From Ginglymostoma cirratum (Eukaryota), in contig JAHRHZ010000218.1 in the NCBI GenBank assembly GCA_024137785.1, forward strand, positions 10,129,624-10,193,623: 64,000 nt of DNA, given 5' to 3'. The position numbers and the translations under genes were made by a program. Below the pieces are notes generated by a model. It worked only from the letters and a program-made list of their open reading frames with translations. It made no database searches and had not been told where the DNA came from. Positions 39,040 to 51,379 of this stretch are shown here, one piece after another (position 1 is the stretch's first letter; each line of letters begins with the position of its first letter).

Positions 39040-39470
39040 AGAACTGGACAACATATTTGTATTCATGCAATACGTCAGAATGAAATCTATGATGGAGCTC
39101 AACGTCTATTCAGTTCATACAATGAAAGAATGGACTTATTTATCAGTTAATAATACTTTAGAACTCAATGGTGAAAAAAAAGGTTCAGTCTCAGAATAAG
39201 GTAATACTTAAGCAGAAGAAAGCAATTTTGCAATGGGAGTTGGCCCAGAATTTTATGACACGCTACCAAAACTTCTTGCTGTCAACAATAGAAAAGATGC
39301 ACTACTCAAAATAATTATTACCAAGCTGGAGGAACATTTCAACCCTAAGCCCTTAGTGTTACAATCTCCTTTGGGATAGGTAACTGTTTTAAGACAGATT
39401 TGAATTGCCAGTGAGCAAGTTAAAGGAGTTGGACAACAGCATTTCAAGTTTTATGGTGCACTGTAAGAAA
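39040..39470 (+). mobile_element. Gypsy gag fragment
   Basis: QKKAIL / VGPEFYDTLPKLLA...IITKLEEHFNPKPLV, typical of the N-terminus of vertebrate Gypsy gag. Confidence 0.7.
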
Positions 39471-39512
39471 CAAACAAAATGCAACTTCAATTAAACAACA
39501 CTTAGTAATCAA

Positions 39513-39960
39513 AACCAAAAGAACTGCGGGCGCTGTGAATCAGGAACAGAAACAGAAGTTGCTGGAAAAGCTCAGCAGGTCTGGCAGCATCTGTGAAGGA
39601 GAAACAGACTTAATGTTTCGGGTCCAGTGACCCTTCCTCAGAACTGACGGTGGCTGGGAAAATGCCAGTTTATATGCAGAAAATAGGGAGGTGGGTGGGG
39701 TAGGGAGTAAATGATAGGATAGAGCCCAAAGAGAGAGAAAGACAGTTGGACAGGCAAAGGAGTTGCTAACAATTAGGCTGGGAGGGTGAATAGTTGTTAA
39801 TGGGGACTGTTAGTGACTAACAACAGGGGGTGTGTAATGGCAGACTATGTGGTAACAAGGCTTGGTGTGTGGGGTGGGGGCGCTGGGACATGGGAGAGTT
39901 TAGGTCCTAAAATTATTGAGCTCAATATTGAGTCTGGAGGGCTGTAGGGTCCCCAAGCGG
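39513..39960 (-). mobile_element. 5'-truncated Penelope-like element (ORF end + 3' repeat with hammerhead), 13-bp TSD
   Basis: TSD acttagtaatcaa at 39500-39512 and 39961-39973; RLGTLQPSRLNIELNNFRT* (39959-39900) resembles the GIY-YIG domain C-terminus; hammerhead on minus strand at 39605-39646. Confidence 0.92.
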
Positions 39961-40999
39961 ACTTAGTAATCAACTGATATTCTAAACTTTAGAAAGGATA
40001 ACCCTTATTATGTCTTAACACAACCAATAACCCCATGCCATATGTATACTTTATACAGAATTGTAATCATTTCAGTAAAGATGCTAAGTATTCCCAACTT
40101 CTCATGGGTCCACCCCTTTCCATTTCACTGAGTTGTAACATCTTGCAACCACTGAAGGTCCTCTCTGTTAATTCTCTGAGAATATCTTTTGATCCACTCT
40201 GGTGATTCTTCTTCCAGCTTTTCAAAGACAAATTTTTCACTGTATTTAAAACACCACGCGATCCTTTTCGTTTAACATGTGAAGCAGCTTTCCATCACAT
40301 TCTGCCTGGTAGTTGAAAGAGAAAGCAGCCTTCTCCTTCTAAAGAGAAAAGTTGCCTTTCTCTATCTTTTTTCCTTGCTCTCTCTGGACTGATTCTTATC
40401 AGAAATTGATGAAATATAATTTTTGTTAGGTTTGATAGAGAGTTTCTTTCTTCAAGGTCTAGCAAGTCTTCTCAAACCTTTGTCCCAAACTCACCTCATT
40501 AGCTAAATGCCATGCCATTATGGCACCCTGCTTGACTGACGCTAGTCTGATTCACTAACTTGCCTTAGGTTGAAGTAATTGCCATTCCTGGGATCCCTAA
40601 TGGTGCCTCTATCTTTGAATGATCAAGCATTGCAGTCCAGCATGGCTCTTCATGCTGCATGTGGTGACACACGATTCACAAATCAGTGCTTCTCAGGGCA
40701 CATAGGTGACATGGCTGACACTTCCTTGCTCATACATATTCACATTTCTGCAACAATGCCTAAGACTAATTCTAACCCATTTTACATCTCTTTACTAGTC
40801 TCCGCTACTCTCTCCCCAGTGCCCAGTGTAGTCCAGCATCTTATTATTGTTCAATATGGGACGATGACATAGAGGAAAACCTTCAAACTTTTATTCACCA
40901 ACAGAAAAAGCCAACAGAGAACAAACTGAAACTGAATTTCATCTCAAATACAAATAGACTCTTTGCTTTTTAAGCAACGACAAATGTACAGTTGATGAA

Positions 41000-41672
41000 T
41001 ATCCACTGCATCCAGTTTAGATCTACTGGAACTGTGGGTCAATTAAGTCCGGTCTGGAGTTTTGCATCTGACACTGCTGTGCTGTGTAATGGTTCTCATC
41101 TTGCTGAATATCCTTGTCTTCCTACTCATAAGACTCCCCTACCCCCCCAAATGTTTTAGCTCGCCAGTCTCCAGCACGTCTCCTCTTTGTCCAATCCAGT
41201 TGTGCAGAGCACAAACAACATTTATGGGATTATGCGGCGTACTCTGTCTAGAGTGTACTGCAAGGCTTCCCATGACCAATCCAAACTGCAGATCTCATCT
41301 TCACTAGGTCTATTATGGTCTTGTTGGAAGAATGGGTTATATTGAATCTTTCCTACCCCTCAGTCAGCGGATTGCACAACAGATTATCTCTTCTAACCAT
41401 CCTTGCCAGGCATCTGACCCCTCAAACATAGCTTGAGTGAACTATCAAGAACCTGAGAGTTGTCAAGAATACAAGCACCATGGCAGCTTTCAGGCTTCCT
41501 GGCACAGCCTTCCAGAATGTGACACCCATACTCACAGATCACTTTTACATTGACGGAATCGAACCATTTTCTATTAATAAAGTCTGCTACATTATAATAT
41601 GGTCCTCTCAACACAGCATATGTATTGCCTAGCATGCCTTTCACCTGGACAAAGCTAGCCACATTGCCAAAG
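41000..41672 (-). pseudogene. Harbinger (HARBI1-like DDE) transposase fossil
   Basis: FINRKWFDSVNVKVICE...CARKPESCHGACILDNSQV...GKDG, then ERFNITH, LQYTLDRV, CALHNW across frameshifts. Confidence 0.9.
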
Positions 41673-41674
41673 CC

Positions 41675-41950
41675 TGTCTTGGTGGGATCTCTATTACAGT
41701 CTGGACTGAATGTACCACATCATGCTGGCATGTTGCACCTTGGACAATTGGAGCGGACAATATGGTGATGTGCTGGGTGCTGAGGGACTGGGGAATGGCA
41801 ACAATCTTCCGAAGAGAAGAGCAAGGAAGTTTGGGAGGAGGAAGCTGTCCTTATCCATGACTGCTCAGCTGTATTGTGTGCTACAAGCTTGACAAGTCCT
41901 GACTGACACCCAGTTACAATAGATGAGAGGTGGGAGAAAAAGAGGTGAGA
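41675..41950 (+). pseudogene. Second Harbinger transposase C-terminal fragment, opposite strand
   Basis: IMLACCTLDNWSGQYGDVL (~IIxACCxLHN...RGDVL). Confidence 0.75.
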
Positions 41951-44033
41951 GATTAGGCATTTGTCATGATGCCAAAATTTGGTATGCATTGTGAGTCAAA
42001 CTTTAGCCTCAATTAATTTTGTTGGTGTTCACTTTTACTGGCTATAAATGAAAGCTCATGTTTGTAATTGTCCAATATTTTGTCTCTTTTGGATGACCTC
42101 CAACTGGACAATGTCAAGCGGCAGGTCTTCAGTGAGCTTTGGGCACAGAGTAGTGGTGACTTAGAGGGTCATCAGGGAGGAAGTAGCTAAAGTGTGTGGT
42201 ATTGTGGTTAAACAGCAACTAAGTTTAGAAAATGAGATTGCATTTGTGAGGGAGTGTCAGCCTTGCTGGCTATGTAATGTGAGCAGCCTGTGCTTTTGCC
42301 TTGATGGTTGCTGCATCATTATAACACCAGTGAGGATGTCTGGTGAGTGGCAAGTTGTTTTTGGAACATTGTGTGGTAACATGGGGATAGAACTAGACGT
42401 GATGGATGCTATGGAGGTGGAATAGGTAGTTAATGAGGCAGGTATGACAAGACATTTCTCTGATCCTCACAGTGAGAATGTCTCCAGTAAACCCAGCTAA
42501 ACTTGTACCTAGCCAAAGACCTATATGATGCAAACCATCAGTTTTTAATTTTGTTGCACTGGGGAATCTGCGTAATGGAATAGTGAATGATGGGAGAAGA
42601 GGATTATTTCTATTTACAATGAACCATCCTCACATTGGTCCTAAATTTGAAGCTTATGAGAGGTACTTGATTGCTGAAGTTATATTTCAATTGGTAGCTG
42701 CCATCAGTCTACATTTGTGCAAATGACACATCAGCTGAGCATGCTGTGAGTGATAGTCTTTTCCTTCAACAAAGTGATGAAGATTGTCAGTCAAGGAACA
42801 CATATTCACATTTGTACAGTCAACTGCACAAACAGCATGGGAAATGCTGGGGCTCTCCAGAAACTAATGTCATATTTATTCAGGTGCATCTGATCCAAAT
42901 CAAACTCACTAATTTGGACAGCTGTGGCAGTTTGTGCATTGGAGACTTGTATTATGTTTGTATGAATTGCAAACTGATATACGTGCCAGAATTACCAGTC
43001 GCATCTTGGAATGAGTATGTTGCAAAAAATAAACTATTGTGCACTCCTGTGACCTTTGTAATTGTAAACATGGGGCAGAGTCAGAGAGGCTGAAGGGGAA
43101 GTGGGCAGTAGGCTCACTGTCATCACCGCTGTTTCAGTACAGTGAACCAAGAGTTGACTGGTCAAGTAACAGCTACGTAGGAAAATACTTGACCTGTTAA
43201 CACTAGGAGAAGGGTCTGTGTCCAAAAGCTGGCATTTTGGATGGGGTATTTGGTGGGAACAGCGTTATTCAGTGAACTAATGTCACTAGCCATCCATTTG
43301 AAGGCATGCTGCTATCAAACTGGTGACAGTTGATGAGAAATCCACGTTCAGTGACAACACAATTTGAAGAAGGCAGCACCCACATCTGACACAGAAGGAC
43401 TGGAGCTAAATCAGGTGTGTTTCCATTTTATGGGTTGTTGTGCCAACAGTGCCCTTGCCAGAGAACAAATGACATCCAAGCACATCTGTCCCATTCTCCT
43501 CTGATCAATCAGTGTCCATATTCCACTCTGTTAACTCTGCTTGTCTCTCCACAGAGGCAGAAAGACCACAGGACCACCTGATTATTCCCAACACTTCCTG
43601 CATTGAATCTTCACCAGCTCTCTCAGATGCCAACTATGGCTATGACACAATCGAGAGATGCAGCCTGGTCCACTCCATACGTCCCTGAGCCATGTGTTCC
43701 TGAGTGAAAAATATTCTTGTAGAAGCATTACAATGATAGTTGCTGGTGCAGCCCAGAAGTGCAGTATTGAAGTGCAGAAGCATCCTGTAAGGAGATCAGA
43801 GATGTTCCATGAGGGTACTGGGAGGGTGGTGCATGCTGGATGCTAAAGTCTGTGAACATGAGGTGTGTGTGGATGGTGCCCTGAGATTTGGGTCCCTAGT
43901 GTCCCACATTAAGGTCCTTTGAAGCAAATGGTGAGCTGACCTCACCAGGTCCATCCACTTTGGCTTCCATGTTGAGAATTTTTGATGTCTAGTTTGTTCA
44001 GATCATTTAGTGAAATAGGAAGCTGAATAGTAA

Positions 44034-44928
44034 TGAGGTGAATTGTGCAGTTGCTTTAGAAAACCAGGGTAGACGAGAAGAAAGACAATGCGACTGTTGT
44101 CTCGGAGCAAGATGTCCTCTGAGACATGGAGACAGAGGCAGTAACAAGTTACCTTTTAGATAAACAGAACCACATTGGGGAATGTGTAGGGAACCATTCT
44201 GAAGAAGGGTTGACATTGTTAGCTCTAAGTTGTCTCCACAGATGCTGCCAGACCTGCTGAGTTTTTCTAACAATTTCTGTTTTTGTCAGGGGATGTCTAG
44301 GCTTCTGTCAAAGAGGGCAAATCAATGGCAGAAAATGTGCTGTTAGCTTAATAGTCTCCAAAGTGATTTGGATGGGATAGGAGTACTAAGTGGCTTTGAA
44401 GTGAGTAAAAGAAAAGCTTCAGAATCTGAAGAGTAAGGTTTCATAGAGGAAGACATCCTACAGGGCTGTTGAATGCTTTAGTTTAAGGAACATATGTTAA
44501 GGCATATTTGAGTGGTGTTAGAAGTTTGGTTAAGGTCTCATGAAGAGACAGTAAGTAAAGAAGTTAGCATGAATGCAGAAAAATAAACCAGTGTAGCCAC
44601 GTCCACTGCACAAGGAGCTTTAATGTGGTGACAAAGTGACGCTTCACTATGGTTCGAGTATGTCTAATGTCCTTATTAAGGGTAAATGAGTTGAATCCTT
44701 ATTTCTGATTGTTGTAATAAAACTTTCAAATTATTCTTATATAGTGTAAAATAGTTTGTGTTGTTTTCCTTTTAAAAATTATTGATATTCTATAGTTAAC
44801 AATACGTTGAGAGCCCCATTTGAATATATGCGGTGTTTGATATCCATGGTCAATGATTTGCAATAAAAATAAGTTTATCAGGTCAGATTGCACTCTAGAA
44901 TCTGTAAGTATCAGTTAAGACCATAACA
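44034..44928 (+). mobile_element. Possible solo LTR
   Basis: Ends in gaccataaca like 30736, with an upstream AATAAA; start position uncertain. Confidence 0.4.
44191..44288 (+). mobile_element. Penelope-derived mini-element with degenerate TSD
   Basis: ttctgaagaagggt...ctccacagatgctgccagacctgctgagttttt; flanks gggaatgtgtagg / ggggatgtctagg. Confidence 0.8.
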
Positions 44929-46586
44929 CTATGCTTGTCTATGTGAGAATTAATTTTGTGCTTGACAATGGTTCCTGCCATGGAACTGATAACTCATAAT
45001 TAACAAGTTACATCCTTTCTTCTCTTTTGAACAGGGCGTAATATTTGTGTTCTTTTTTGGTGAGTATGAAATGAATGAATTCAGCAGATGTGTGGTCTAC
45101 ATTTGAGGTATATGTGTGAAATCAGTAGAAGCAGCAGTTTGATGTACAATCACACCAACTGGGCTGCTCCTAGTGCATACACAACCTCCCGTAGAAATGC
45201 CTTTCTCAGCATGGGTTTCCATACATGCCAAACCAGAACCATGCCTCATGCAGAGGGTCTCAGGCTTCTGTAGCACTGATTCCAGGGGGAGGGACAAGGT
45301 CATGAATCACAAGTCCTGGTGTTGCTCCTGATCTGGGCTCCCAGTCTCGTCCCTGTTCCCAACATGAGCACAGTGCCCTGGCCAACCACCCAAGCACAGG
45401 AGGTTCCCTAGAGGCCCCTGTCCTGGTTACTGGGCCCATGATGTACCTTCCTGTAGTACAATGGAGCTGAATTTTTCAGCCCTTGACTACAAATTCTTTC
45501 TTGTTAGCATACATATTGTGCAAAAGGCTGATGAATGATGAAGCATTTTAACTCAAAAATGACCAAATTAAACCATAAAACATTTGGAAATGTAACCTGA
45601 AAAATACATGGTGGAAATCTTCACATCAGGGCTATATTTTACTCAGGCAATGGCCCAGGTTTCAGATTTTTTCAATGATAGGTCTATTGAAATATTTGTA
45701 TGAAAAATGCCTTGAGTGATGAAAGCCACAATTAGTGCAATAGTGAAAGTGGAGTACCTGAGGGTAATTATGGGAAAGTAATCTGACTGAGTGGGGTCTG
45801 ATCCTAAACTGTGGAAACAGAGCTCAAATGATTTTGACTTCCATGTGAACTCAGAGTTGAGAATATAATCCTGAAATCACTCCAGGCTATCAGTTTGTTC
45901 TTGGCCTATGACTAATAGCTAGTATGCTCTGAGTGAATTATATAAACTATGCCTCATAACATATAATTGATCATACTGATGCAACACACATACTTATTAA
46001 TAGATTATCAATATCCGATAATTGGGAGTGATGCATCTTTTAAAAGGGCAAATAACTACTTGTGTTTAAATTATGGCTTTCTTACAGCAACAGTTTTCCA
46101 AGGACCTTCAAAGTTGTGGATCAGACCCAAGATGCCAGGTTCGGGTCACGGTGTTGTATGATAATGGTGCGGAGTGGGATGGGGCAGATGGCTTGGTGGC
46201 TAGAATGTGATGCAGAATGATGCCGATAGGGTAAGTTCTTTCTCCTTATAGGTCATGGTGGTTGCAGGATAAAATATTTGTTTTGAAAGAGGCCATAATG
46301 AAGCTGCATTAAGCTCCGCCTAATCTAATGATTCCACACAGTCTTTGGATGGAGAAGAGCAGTCTAGGACAAGGTCCCAATGAAGACAGTCAAGTCATCA
46401 CTAGCTCTTTATAGTCTTTGTAGTTATTCCTAACTGGTAAATATAACTGGAACCTGTTGCTACCATGCAATAAACGATATATTGTCATGTGAAACAAGCA
46501 TTTATTCTTGTCAAGACTCAATAATTTTCAATCTCTATGACTTCTAATTAGCTATTTCATAGGCTCAACATAGAAAAGTGAATTAA

Positions 46587-46900
46587 GGCCTTTTTTGACG
46601 CAGTGGTAGTTACCCACCTCAGGGTTAGAAGGTCTGAGTTTGCCACTTTGATGCGACATGGCATGTTTGAAGTTTGATTAAAATAACTTCTTTCTGGAAA
46701 AGCAGATTAGTGTCAGCTCTCTACCCTAATCACAAGCTTCCATTGGTTTGGAGGCAACATATAGCAAGGCAATTAGCATTGGTGATAGTCGCATAAGTTC
46801 CTCAGATGAAGCCATCGTAAACAGACAAGCAATCAGCAATGCTCATGGAAGCGGAAGCAGGACCATAGCAGCACTGAAAGCCGATAATGTGCAGTGTGGG
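46587..46900 (+). mobile_element. tRNA-derived SINE (family C), degraded
   Basis: ggccttttttgacgcagtggtagttaccc head, similar to the minus-strand head at 3982. Confidence 0.5.
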
Positions 46901-47139
46901 CTCTAATGGGATTAAAAACTAGTCAGATTGGAAAACTATGGAGTCATTAATTAAGAATAATCTGTGAGAGCAGTTCAGAGCTTCATGAGTAAAGTTTAAA
47001 ATTCCAATGAGTAGGAGCCTACGTCTCTAAAATAACATCATAAAAGACCAGGCTACAAAGATAGGAGTGAAAAACAGAACTCAACATTCAAGATGACATC
47101 ATTGCCATCAGGAGCAGGGTCCAAGTCATGTGGCTGCCT

Positions 47140-47280
47140 GGCCAACAGAGTTAATGTTTCAGGTCTAGTCCTGACAATTCTGAGGAAGGGTCACCGGACC
47201 CCAAATGTTAACTCTGTTTTTCCCTTCACAGACGCTGCCAGACCTGCTGGACTTTTCCAGCAACTTTGTTTTTATTTCTA
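47140..47280 (+). mobile_element. Partial fold-back Penelope-derived mini-element
   Basis: acagagttaatgtttcaggtc (inverted arm), then ttctgaggaagggtcaccggacccc...gctgccagacctgctg. Confidence 0.85.
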
Positions 47281-47351
47281 AATGCAATAATGTTATGGTT
47301 GAGCTATACAAGGTATTGGTGAAACGACACTCTGAATACTTTGTGCAGTTT

Positions 47352-47680
47352 TGATTTACTTTGATTTGATTTATTATTGCTACATGTAACTAGGTAGAGT
47401 AAAAGTTTTGTTTTGTGTGCAGTACAGGCAGATCATACCATACAAAGTCTATAAGGGTAATGGAACAGAGCAAGGAATACAATGTTACAGCTGTAGAGAC
47501 GGTACACAACAAACAAGGTCAACATTAAATTTGAAATTTAAGAGGTCCATTCAGAAGTCTGTGACAACAATAGGGAAGAAGCTGTTCTTGAATTCGTTGT
47601 AAAACGTATTTAATCTTTTGTATTTTCTGCCTGACAGAACAGTTTGGAAGAGATTATAGCCAGGTGGGAGGAATCTTTGT
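47352..47680 (-). mobile_element. Rex1/Babar LINE 3' fragment
   Basis: PPGYNLFQTVLSGRKYKRL...FKNSFFP motif; (gattt)n tail. Confidence 0.85.
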
Positions 47681-47697
47681 TGTGTTGGCGGCCTTTC

Positions 47698-49540
47698 GTC
47701 ATCACCATCATCATCATTGGCGGCCCTTTGCAGATGAGGATGGCTCTCTTCCACTCACAGGGCGAATCTGTAGGTGGCTGCACAGATTGATGTGGCTACT
47801 GCAGGCTCTGTTATACTTGGGGCAGGTGGTGGTAGCAGGAAGGTGTGGGTGGAGCATTGATGTGGCAGTGTGCTCCTTCCGCTGTTTTTACATTTTATCC
47901 TGATGACAAGTCTCAAGGTGCTTGATGCCTTCCTGGATGCTCCTCCTTCACTTTGGATGGTCTTGCGCCAGTGATTCCCAGCTGAGTGTGGGAATGTTGC
48001 ATTTCGCCAGTGAGGCCTTGAAAGTACCATTCACCTGCTGTTTCAAAGCTGGGATTCGAGCACCTGCTTGGGGAGTCTGTTGTTGGTCATGTGGACGACG
48101 TGCCCAGCCCATCTTAGCCAGTGGGAACTGCCTCAATGCTGGGGATGTTGGTTTGGTTAAGGGAGCTGTTGTTAGTGCATCTTTCTTCCCAGTGTAGGAT
48201 CTTACGCAGGCAGTTCCAGTACCTTGAGGTGTCTGCTGTAGACAGTCCATGTCTCAGAACCACAGAGGAGGGCAGGAACCTCTATAGATCTATAAACCAT
48301 GAGCTTGGTGTCGGATCTGGTGTTGTTGTTCTCAAATGCCCTTTCTTTCAGTTGGTCAAAGCATACTTGAGGTGGTGCTGGATCACTTCATCAACAGTTG
48401 GTTTGGCCGACAGGACACTTCTGAAGTATTGGAAGTGGTCAACACACTCTAAGGCCTCCCTGTGGACTGAGGTTTGCTCCTCCAATGCCAGGTCAGGTTG
48501 ATGGATGAGCTTTGTCTTGTGGATGTTCAGGGTGAGACCCATGCTCTCATATGCCTCTGTAAAAAGTGCTGACGATGGTCTGGAGTACGTCATCTGAGAT
48601 GGATTGCATATAAGCATTATCAGCGCACTGGAGTTCGATGACACTGGTTGGGTTGACTTTGGTTTTGTCTTAAAGGTGGTGGAAGTTAAATAATTTCCTG
48701 CAGGTTCTGTAAGTCAGCTCCACTCCAACAGGGAGCTTGTTGGTGCTGAGGTGAGACATTGCAGTGGTAGATCGAGAACAGTGTAGGGGTGATGACACAG
48801 CCCTGCTTGACACCGGTCCAAGCGGGGAATGTGTCAGTGGTGGAGCCATTTGCCATTGTCATGACTTCCATGTTGTCGTGGGGCAGGCAAAAGATGGTGA
48901 CAAACTTCATGTTACAGCCAACCTGGAGAAAGACGCTCCATAATGCTTCCAGATTGCTGATGTCAAACACATTTGTAAGGTCAAAGAAGGCCATGTAATG
49001 GGTAGATTCTTTTCTCTGCCTTTCTCCTGCAGCACTTGTGTGGTGAAAATGATGTCCTCTGTGCCCCTCCATGGCCGAAAGATGCATTGCAACCCTGGGA
49101 GGAGTTCCTCAGCCACAGGGAGGAAATGGTTGAACAGGACCTCGGCAATGGCTTTTCCAACGGTCCACAGCGGGGAGATTCCACTGTACCATCACAGCCC
49201 AGCTTGTTTCCTTTTTTGAAAATGCTCATGACTGTGGCATCTCGGAGATCTTCCGGGATGGTCTCCTCCTTCCAGGTAAGGCAGACAAGGCTGTGTAGCT
49301 GCAGCAGGAGCTCTTTGTCTCCCTGCTTCAATGTCTCATAAGGGATACTATCTGCTCCAGCAGCCTTGTTGTTCCTAAGCTGGCAGACAGCCTTTTTTAC
49401 TTCATGCAAGGCTGGGGTGTTGCTGAGTCGATGGTGCATTGTATGCTGTAGGATGAATTCAAGGACGCTGAGATCGATGACTGAGCCCTGGTTGATGAAG
49501 TCTCTGAAGTGCTCCTCCCAGCATTTTTTGATGGCTGGAG
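47698..49540 (-). mobile_element. RTE-clade LINE, 5'-truncated and frameshifted
   Basis: WEEHFRD, KAAGADSIPYE, IPEDLRDA, YMAFFDLTNVFD, GVKQGCVITPTLFSI, ELQCADNA, VDHFQYFRS; (tga)n tail. Confidence 0.95.
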
Positions 49541-49649
49541 AAAAGCATAAATGTATTCGGAATGCCATTCAAAAAACCAATGCTAGCCATTTCAGAGTGA
49601 CCACTTACATGAAAAGATTTGTGATAAATGATTAATTTCTCAAAAAATC

Positions 49650-49810
49650 ATTTTCATAGTGGAATATCTATTGATGAACGGCTCCAACTGCTTATTGAAT
49701 GGAAATGTTTGTTGACATAAAGATCTATAAAGGTAACGTTATCACAATCCAAGAGTCCATCTAACTCCACCTTAAAAATATTCAGTGACCCTGCCTTTTG
49801 AAGCAGACAC
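49650..49810 (-). mobile_element. CR1 3' fragment
   Basis: QKAGSLNIFKVELDGLL motif. Confidence 0.65.
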
Positions 49811-49814
49811 TTAC

Positions 49815-49990
49815 CTCTCATTAGAATTGGGTGATTGGTGGTGAGTTTAACCAAAGCGTGACCATACCTCAGGTGACGGAAGAGGTTGAGAACGTGGGAA
49901 CTTCATGGTGACCTCAGCCAGTACAGGAATTGAACCCAAGCTGTTGACATCATTCTGCATTGCAAACCAGTCATCGGAGCTATCTGACCC
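49815..49990 (-). mobile_element. tRNA-derived SINE (family D)
   Basis: Reverse-complement homolog of 16004-16180 (ggaattgaaccca, ttgcaaaccag). Confidence 0.8.
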
Positions 49991-50011
49991 CCACAAACAG
50001 CCATACCCTTA

Positions 50012-50188
50012 ATTGAAATGGTAGTTTTCATATGGGGGTATTTCAAACAATTTCAATGCATTAGATTCTTTTGAGACAATGAGAGAGTGTTGCTTTTTCA
50101 ACAGTGACATCAATCAATTGATAACTTTGTTTCCTGACAGGATGCCTGCTGATTAATGGCCATGCTGGATAATAGATGAATTGGCTTG
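50012..50188 (+). repeat. Direct repeat, copy 1 (177 bp)
   Basis: attgaaatggtagt...gataatagatgaattggcttg recurs at 51155-51333 with scattered mismatches. Confidence 0.95.
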
Positions 50189-50648
50189 GAGTCATAGAGT
50201 CATACAGCATGGAAACAGACCTTTCGATCCAACACATCCATACTGAACAAGTTTCCCAAGCTAAATTAGTCTCACTTGCCTGCGTTTGGCCCATATCCCT
50301 TTAAACCTTTCCTATTCATGTACCTATCCAAATGTTGTTTAAATGCTGTAATTGTACCCACGTCTACACTTCCTCTGGCAGTTCATTCCACATATGAACC
50401 ACCCTTTGTGTGAATAAAATTGCCCCTCATGTCGCTTTTAAATCTTCCTCCTCTTGCCTTAAAAATATGCCCTCTTGTTTTGTACTCCCGTACCCTAGAG
50501 AAAAGACCTTTGCATTTCAACCTATCCACACCCCTCATGATTTTATAAACCTCTACAAGGTCATCTCTCTACTTCCTGCGTTTCAGTAAAAAAAGTTGCA
50601 GCCTATCCAGTCTATCCTTATAACTCAAACCCTCTAGTCCCAGCAACA
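50189..50648 (-). mobile_element. CR1/HER1 LINE 3' fragment
   Basis: gagtcatagagtcatacagcatggaaacagacc tail; homologous to 1020-1312. Confidence 0.92.
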
Positions 50649-51154
50649 GGATGATGGGTGGAAGATATGGGGTTGATCTCGAGTTGGAATTAGGGATAAA
50701 CAAAGCCATGAGAATGATAGGGAGCATATGGGGTATGAACGATCATGGGAGATAGATGTTTTCTGGGTCAATGGGGATATGTAGATGGGCATAGGGTGGC
50801 AAGGAGGTATGAGAGGTCATGGGAATGGGTCTGGGGACATAAGTTGCAACGAATGAGGCATGGAGCATGACAGAAATGGGGGAGAAAATAGGATGTCTTA
50901 CAACTTAATCTCTATTCTTAAACTTTGAAGACAATGCTGCAGCCCTGAGATAGGTTTCTACCCAATCTACCTCAGGAATTGACAGCCTTTTTGGCTGTTC
51001 CTGGGATATCTGTCCCAACTCTCAAATCTAGCCTGCCCACTCCACAGGCCAAAGATTAGAACTGAGAGTGGCCATTTGTAATGGTCAGGTTAACTGAACT
51101 GGAAATTTGCCTATTTCTATGCACCCAACTTGGGAACAAACCTTCAGGCTCAGG

Positions 51155-51333
51155 ATTGAAATGGTAGTCTTCATATGTGGGTATTTCAAACAATTTCAAT
51201 GCATTGGATTATTTTGTAACAATTAGAGACTTTTGTTTTTTTTCAACAGTGACATCAATCAATTGAAAACTTTATTTCCTGACAGGATGGCTGCTGATTA
51301 ATAGCAATGCTGGATAATAGATGAATTGGCTTG
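51155..51333 (+). repeat. Direct repeat, copy 2 (179 bp)
   Basis: Matches 50012-50188. Confidence 0.95.
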
Positions 51334-51379
51334 TATCAACGCTGTGGAACAAAATAAGTCTCACAGTGTCAAAAAAAGG

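Noticed and set aside
41393-41662. Functional HARBI1 gene
   Set aside because: Catalytic motifs are decayed (GNTY for DCTH, CHG for CHD), with frameshifts and multiple fragmentary copies in the window
47176-47215. Active hammerhead ribozyme
   Set aside because: The essential GAAA is mutated to CAAA; the copies at 4070 and 44196 are also disrupted
47700-47718. Poly-His or poly-Asp coding tract
   Set aside because: It is the (tga)n tail of the RTE element
48981-49568. Longest ORF (195 aa) as a host gene
   Set aside because: It is a frameshifted piece of the RTE LINE ORF
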